Positions 56,346-64,000 of a stretch of DNA of 64,000 nucleotides are shown here, piece by piece. Source of the stretch: the human T2T-CHM13v2.0 reference genome, Homo sapiens; NCBI RefSeq assembly GCF_009914755.1, contig NC_060947.1. One strand, given 5' to 3'. Made by a program: the position numbers and the translations under genes. Below the pieces are notes generated by a model. That model was not told the DNA's origin, ran no database searches, and saw only the letters and a program-made list of their open reading frames with translations. How positions within the stretch are numbered: the first letter of the stretch is position 1; each line of letters starts with the position of its first letter.

Positions 56346-58389
56346 AACAATTATAAAAGAATAGGGGTTACCAAAGGTAAAGAACATGTGAACTAAAAAT
56401 ATTGAATATGAAGTTAGTGAAACAATAAAAAATAAAGAGCCAGACTATTGAAGCAGAATTGATTAAAAGCGTATTTTTAGCTTTTAAAACTTTTCTCTGA
56501 ATTTTATTCAAGTAAAGTATCTTACTGAATTGAAATAATCTCACTTGTAAACTAGTAATCATTAGGAAAATTTAATAGTAGAATAGAAATTTTTGAAAGA
56601 TAATGCTACTCAGTGCAATGTTAATTACTTGACTTGCTTGTAGAAAGTCCTCAGTCAATATTTGACATTGTTACTGCTGGGAAGATGATAAAGACACTTT
56701 TTGCACCATTATTTAAGAAGAGTAAGGTTTAGATAATTCTGTCTTGCATTCTGATAATACTTCCAATACACGGCTGGCTATTGTAGTCTAGGTATCAGTC
56801 ATGTAATATCGTGTAGAGAAGATGCTAAAACTATTGATCATCTTTGAAGCACCCTGTTATTTTCACGTGAGTCTTTCTGAATACAAAGGAATTACAAGCT
56901 CCTTTTATCCAGCAATGATATTGCAATCTACTTTTACTTAAGCCCACAAACAGATAGTGTGGAAGAATTGTCTTTATGACTAATTTTTGTCAAACTATAT
57001 TTAAAACTATGTCAACAAATATGACATTTCATACTGCTCTGCAGGAAGCCTGTAAAATATGCTCATGATTTTAAACAGCAGGGAAGCATCCACTACAGGG
57101 ATTAACTGGTAACATATGCCACTGCTGCTGAAATAATTTTTAATCCTGTTATACATTAATGTAGCATTTTTCTTCTGTTACAATAAGGCAGCCATCTGTG
57201 CCTTAACCTACTGGGAAACTGTGGATATACATATAAAAAGAGAAGGGAGAAAGAAAGGCAGATAGGCAGGAAATTTACATTTGTAAAGTTAGTATCTAAA
57301 GTCAAAATCTTTTAAACACATTATTTAAGGAGTTTGATAGATATCTAAATAGTTTTCAACTACTAAATTGAAGCAACTACTTAACTACTAAATTAAAGCA
57401 ACTGCTTTTTAATTTTTACATAAATAACTGCTCTTTACTTGTACCAAAGAATTCTTCTTTACCCACCTATCTCTGAAAGGTGAAATGTATATAATTGAGC
57501 CTGGAAACATTTGTTATTGTTTTACAAAATATGCTTTGCAATTGGCACTGACTCCCAAATATTCATAGAAGATAGTGTGGATGATCCAAGAGCTGCTGTA
57601 ATTCAAATGCAGTGTAACTGCATTTTAGATGCTTATTTTAAAAAAGTGATGATTCAGAAGGCAGAAAGGGAGAAGGAGTAGCTAATTGTTAGCAGCTTTT
57701 GCCAGTTACAAATGAACACTTGAACCCTAGGATGCTGAAATGGTAGTGTTTGGATTTTCACTGACCTGCCTCCTCTAGTTAAAGCATAAAGAAGCACTTC
57801 CTCATATCTCACATGAATATGTGTTACTTTAATGGAAGGCAATATTCTTTACTAAAAGAAATATGTTACAGGGTAAGAAAGTCACAAGACTTAGGTTCTA
57901 GGACTTCTCTATCATATAAATATATACAATACCTTTATTATCCTAAACCTATTTCTGCATTTACAAAGGAACACAATAGACTAAATTGTTGACTTTCAGC
58001 CTTTTTTCAGTTGTTGAATATTTTGAAAAAATCTCACATAGGAGCATATTATGTAAAACCATAAAGTGTAAGCTGTTTTTACAAAATGGAATGAGTGACC
58101 CACAAGATCCTTCAGCTTAGAGTGGAGGGAGAGTTAGATAGAAAATGCATGAATTTGATTTATAAAACTACACATTAGTGGAAAATGGTAGCAGTTTATT
58201 TATTTATTTTTTGTTGTTGGAAAATGTATCTAATCATGAATTAATGGAAAGTTACAATATCTGTTGCAATGAAAAACTATAATAAAAATTCCAAGGGGGA
58301 AAAATAATAAAACATAAATGGATCACGACCTGAAAATATATATAAAAAGAAATGATAAAGAAGCAATACAATATTAATAACAAAATATT

Positions 58390-58782
<393 letters not shown>

Positions 58783-58839
58783 CTATAATGTCCATTTTAT
58801 AATTTACCAAAAATTTTAATCTGCATGAATATGGGCCTT

Positions 58840-61800
58840 ATAATTAACATAAATGAACAATAGAAGCAGACCTGAACATAAGCCAGATGTTGGAGTTATC
58901 ACACAAAGACTTTAAAACAGGTATTATGCTTAGGGATTTCTAGGAAAATGTGAATGTAACAGAGTAGACATGGGAAATTTGAGGAAAGAAAAGAAACCTT
59001 AAAATGAAAACCTTAGAAATAAAAAATGCAACATCCGAAATAAAAAATATATATATTAGATAAACTTAAAGGAAGATTGGATGCCATATAATAAATAATC
59101 AGTGAACATAAAGAGTGACTAATGGAAACTAGTGTAGCTGAAGGACAGTTAAAAACAGACTTAGAAAGTATAACTGAAGCTAGATAACCTGTGGAATAAG
59201 GTTATCTAGATTCCAGTCATCAAGTGGTCTAAAATGCGTGTTACTGGAATCCCAGAAACAGAAAAGAGAACAATGGGGAAGAAAATGTTTGAGTAAATAT
59301 TTGTGAAACATTTAAAAATATATTCAAAACTGAAAAGAACACCTATGCAGAACCAAAAGTGAAACTTGACATGCACTAGTGAAACTTCTGAAAATCAAAT
59401 ATAAGGAGGAAATCTTCAAATGTGCTAATGGAATGGTGGGTGTATTAGTCGTATTAGTCTGTTATCATGCTGCTATGAAGAAATACTTGAGACTGAATAA
59501 TTTATAAAGAAAAGAGATTTAATTGACTCACAGTTCCATATGGCTGGGAAGGCCTCGGGAAACTTACAATCATGGCAGAAGGTGAAGGGGAAGCAAGGCA
59601 CGTATTACATAGTGGCAGGAGAGAGAGAGAAGAGGAAATGCCACTCTTTTAAGCCATCAGATTTTGTGAGAACTCACTAGCATGAGAATAGCATGGGGAA
59701 AACTGTCTCCATGATTTAATTACCTCCTGCTGAATCCCTCCCACAGTGTGAGGATTATAGAAACTACAATTCAAGATGAGATTTGGGTGGGGACACAGTC
59801 AAACCATATCATTCCACCGCTGACCCCTCCCAAATCTCATGTCCTCACAATTCAAAGCACAATCCTGCCCTTCCAACAGTTCCCCAATCTTTGCTCATTC
59901 CAGCATTAACCCAAAAGTTCATGTCCAAAGTTTTATCTGAGACAAGGTGAGTCCCTTCTGCCTATGAGCCTGTAAAACTGAAAGCAAGTTGGCTACTTCC
60001 CAGATACAATGGGGTTACAGGCATTGGGTAAATACACCTGTTCCAAATGGGAGAAATTGGCCAAAATAAAGGGGCTATTGGCCCCATGCAAGTCCAAAGT
60101 ACAATAGGGTAATCATTAAACCTTAAAGTTCCAAAGTGATCTTCCTTGACTCCATGTCTCACAACCAGGTCATGCTGATGCCATAGGTGGGCTTCCATAG
60201 CCTTGGGCAGCTCTGCCCTTGTGGCTTTGCAGGGTACAGTCCCCTCCCAGCTGCTTTTACAGGTGGTGTTGAGTGTCTGTGTCTTTTCCAGGCACACAGT
60301 GCAAGCTGTCGGTGGATCAATCATTCTGGGATCTGGAGAATGGCGGCCCTCTTCTCACAGCCCCACTAGGCAGTGCCCAAGTAGGGACTCTAAGTGGGGG
60401 TCCCAACCCCATGTTTCCCTTCCACACTGCCCTAGCAGAGGTTCTCCAAGCAGGCCCCACCTCTGAGGCAGACTTTTGCTTGAACATCCAGGCATTTCCA
60501 TACATCCTCTGAAATCCAGGCAGAGGTTCCCAAACCTTAATTCTTGTCTTCTTCACACCTGAAGGCCTGTCATGAAGTAGAAGCTTCCAGGGCTTGGGGT
60601 TTATACCCTCTGAAGCAATGACCTGAGATGTATCTTGGCCACTTTTAGCCATGGCTGAAATGGCTGGGAGGCAGGGCACCAAGTCCCTAGGCTGCACACA
60701 GCAGGGGAGCCTTTGACCCAGCCCAGGAAACCAGTTTTCCTTTCTAGGTCTCTGGGCCTGTGATGGGAGGGGCAGTCATGAAGGTCTCTGACATGCCCTG
60801 GAGACATTTTCCCCATTGTCTTGGTGATTAACTTTAGTCTCCTGGTTACTTATGCAAATTTCTGCAGCAGGCTTGAATTTCTCCCCAGAAAATGAGTTTT
60901 TCTTTTCTCTGGCATAGTCAGGCTGCAAATTTTCCAAACTTTGATGCTCTGCTTCCTCTTGAATGCTTTGCCACTTAGAAATTTCTTCCAGCAGATATCC
61001 TAAATCATCTCTCTCAAGTGCAAAGTTCCACAGATCTCTGGAGCAGGGGCAAAATGCCACCAGTCTCTTTGCATAGCAAGAGTGACCTTTACTCCAGTTC
61101 CCAACAAATTCCTCATCTCCATCTGAGACCACTGCAGTCTGGACTTCATTGTTCATATCACTATCAGCATTTTGGTCAAAGCCTTTCAACAAGACTCTAG
61201 GAAGTTTCAAACTTTCTCACATCTTTCTGTCTTCTCCTGAAGACCTCTCTAGGAGTTTCCAAACTTTCTCACACTTTCCTGTCTTCTTCTGAGCCCTCCG
61301 AACTGTTCCAACCTCTGCCCATTACCAATTTCTAAGGTTGCTTCCACATTTTGGGTATCTTTGTAGAAGCACCCCATTCTCTGTGGTACCAATTTACTGT
61401 ATTAATATGTTTTCACAGTGCTATGAAGAAATACCTGAGACTGGATAATATAAAGAGAAGAGATTTAATTGACTCATAGCTCCACATGGCTGGGGAGGCC
61501 TCAGGAAACTTACAATCATGGAAGAAGGGGAACCGAACACATTCTTCTTCCCATGGAGGCAGAAAAGAGAAGTGCTGAGCAAAGGAGAAAAAGCACCTTA
61601 TAAAACCATCAGATCTCATGGGAACTCACTCACTATCATGAGAACAGCATGAGGGAAACTGCCCTCATTATTCAATTATCTCCCACCAGGTCACTCCCAT
61701 AATACATGGGGGTTATGGAGATTACAATTCAAGTGAGATTTGGGTGGGGACACAGCCAAACATACCAGTGCGGATCATTTATATTGAAAGAAGCAATAAA

Positions 61801-62900
61801 ATTCAAGGTGAGAATTGGGTGGGTACACAGCCAAACCATATCAGTGGGGATCATGTATATAAAAAGAAGTAATAATATAAATTAATATGACATTTAATAA
61901 TTCTTACATAAATAATTCTTAATAATTTTAGTGGAAATAATGAAAGCCAAAAGTCAATGTAATGCCATATTTCAAATGCTAAAAAATAAGTGTCAAGTTA
62001 GAATTCTATATCTAAGGAAAATGCCTTTCAAGTAGGAAGACAGTTTATAGATATTTTTTAGAAAAAGAAATCTTGATAAAATGTACCCCCACTACACCTA
62101 CATTAAAATAAATCTCTAAGCTACTTCTTCTGGCATAAGAGACAAAGATAACTGTTTGAAATTAAGATCTACATGTATGAATAAAGATTACTTGAAATGA
62201 TAAGTACATGGGTAAATATAAGACTGTTTCCCTTCTTTTCACAGATTCTTTGATTCCTACTAGAGCCAATAAGTAAGTTCAGCAAGGTCAAAAATACAAG
62301 ATCTTCACATTCTATTTTTATAGAGTAGAAAAGAATAACTGGAAATGAAAACTTTTTAAATTGCAATACACAATAGTATTGAAATACTATGGAATACATA
62401 GGAAAAAATCTGTCAATACATGTTCAAGATTTGTGTGATGGAAACTGTTAAACACTGATGAGAGAAATTAAAAGAAAACTAAATAAATGGAGAAATATGC
62501 TCTCTTCATGTAATAGAAGACTCAATAATGTTAGCAAGTGCATCTTCCCTAAATTGATCTATAGATTTAAGTCTACTCCAATAAAAACATTATGAGGTAT
62601 TTTTTGAAGAAATTGACAAAATTGTTCTAAAAAATTTACATGTAAAAAACAAATTATCTTAAATAGCCAAGACCATTTGAATAATATGTGAAAAGTAGCT
62701 CAAGCTCTATAGTTTCAAGACATATTATAAAAGTATGACAATAAAGAAAGTGTAGCATTAGCATAAGTAGAGACAAAGAGATAATTGATAAACATACAAA
62801 GTCTAGAAGTAGACCTTTTCCATATACCGTGAATTAATTTATAACAAAGTTAGCAAGGTAGTTCAAAGGGAAATGACTAGTTTTTCAAATAATTTGTGTT
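58840..62900 (+). mobile_element. Old L1M (ORF1 to ORF2 fragments) hosting the THE1 provirus
   Basis: Degenerate 'tggaatcccagaa', 'agaattctatatcta', 'aatagaagactcaata', 'aaattgatctatagatt'. Confidence 0.65.
59441..61767 (-). mobile_element. Full-length THE1 (C/D) MaLR provirus: LTR 59441-59811, internal 59812-61397, LTR 61398-61767
   Basis: Two TG..CA LTRs, about 1.58-kb internal region with MaLR ORF remnant 'GFDQNADSDMNNEVQ...GNWSKGHSCY'; TSD GTGGG. Confidence 0.93.
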
Positions 62901-62909
62901 GAGAATGAT

Positions 62910-64000
62910 ATCAGCAAAGATGGCTGACTAGCGTTTTCTGTTTCTAGTCCACCCCCACAAAAAGTAAGTAAAACAATGTATATTTTGACAGAAGTGACGG
63001 AAGAATTGTGCCAGAGAGCACCAGGAGAATAGCAAAATGCCTGTGGAGCACAAAATCTCAGGATAGCTTCATAGGGATGGGAGCAACTCATCCTGCCTCT
63101 GCCACACTCTCTCCCCCACCAGGATCATATTGGAGCTGTAGGACCTCTTTTTTATAGAAATAAAGGTAAGCTGGAGACCCTTAGCATTCTCTATCACTGA
63201 CGCAGATGCCAGTAGTCACTTCTACAGGAAGGTCCTTCAATCCTCACAGTCCCCAAGTCCAGTGTGAACAGTTACTGGGACTCCATGCAGCTGCACTCCT
63301 TAAAAGCAGGAACCTTCTTACCCCCACATTACAACCTAAGTGACTATGACACAGAATCCCCTTGAAACTGGACCCATATCTAGAGTGCATTCTACCTGTG
63401 GGGGGGCAGAGGGGGGCAGTAGCCACCAAACCACTCTGTGTAAAGCACCACTTTCATTTCACTACATTTACATAGGTGATTACAGCACCAATAGTCCAGC
63501 TGCCTAAAGCCCAGGCCCAAATGAATGACTGGAATGTCAATGCCCAAACTCACAAGGAACCTGATCATCCAGAGAAACAGGCAGACCTGAACAGCAGAAA
63601 GGCCTTTTTCATCCATTGAGTCAGTGTGCACCTACTCCTGTTTTTATATCCAACCAGAGACAACCCCAGACCACCACAGTGTCCCACACAGCCTCTGTGC
63701 CTGAACATTCCCAGCCCCAGCTTTAAAGAAGATCTGGAAGTTGTCCTACCCAACAAGATAGAAATCTTTCTCAGCTACCCAATTCATGTATACATGCCCC
63801 CAGCCCAACAGCCAGCTCAACAGTGACCTTACCATTCAGGACAGACCTATACACAACCCACTGGCATGCCACAATCACACGTGACTGACAATCAGTCCAG
63901 TGCCCCCACTAACAACAAAACTACATAACCACAGCAACAAACTACTGTAGTCTAGGACATTGAGAAAATTGCAGCCATCTCAGGGAAGAATTACAGCCAA
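62910..64000 (+). mobile_element. 5' UTR of an old L1M2/L1M3-type LINE-1, running off the window
   Basis: Begins 'gcaaagatggctgactag' (YY1-like L1 start); abrupt shift to C-rich UTR-like composition. Confidence 0.6.

Noticed and set aside
59962-61210. 120-144 aa ORFs that could be a novel gene
   Set aside because: Frameshifted remnants of the known MaLR internal ORF
61190-61295. ~52-bp tandem duplication in the THE1 internal region
   Set aside because: Recalled as a common feature of THE1 internal sequences rather than locus-specific; not verified

Overview
This is primate (very probably human) non-genic DNA that is AT-rich and largely made of nested transposable elements. I found no host protein-coding exon, RNA gene or CRISPR array, and nearly all ORFs in the track are LINE-1, ERV, MaLR or Alu remnants or their antisense shadows. 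The two young, near-complete elements are a full-length L1PA2/PA3-type LINE-1 (23620-29644; 15-bp TSD, open ORF1, dead ORF2, antisense ORF0) and a deleted-type HERV-H provirus with two LTR7 LTRs (35862-41467; TSD GGAAC). Around them lie older L1PA15/16, L1MA and L1M copies, MER41A and MER41B, MSTA/MSTB/THE1/MLT1 MaLRs, Alus and a palindromic AT-rich minisatellite. I cannot support a wholly new biological system. The most unusual observations are a one-ended MER41 provirus flanked by a ~225-bp host duplication, a single base change that both truncates ORF0 and makes its splice donor a perfect consensus, an LTR7up-like HERV-H next to a GAS-bearing MER41B, and a THE1 provirus with mismatched LTRs. 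Subfamily names come from recalled consensus sequences, were judged by eye, and need RepeatMasker/Dfam confirmation.
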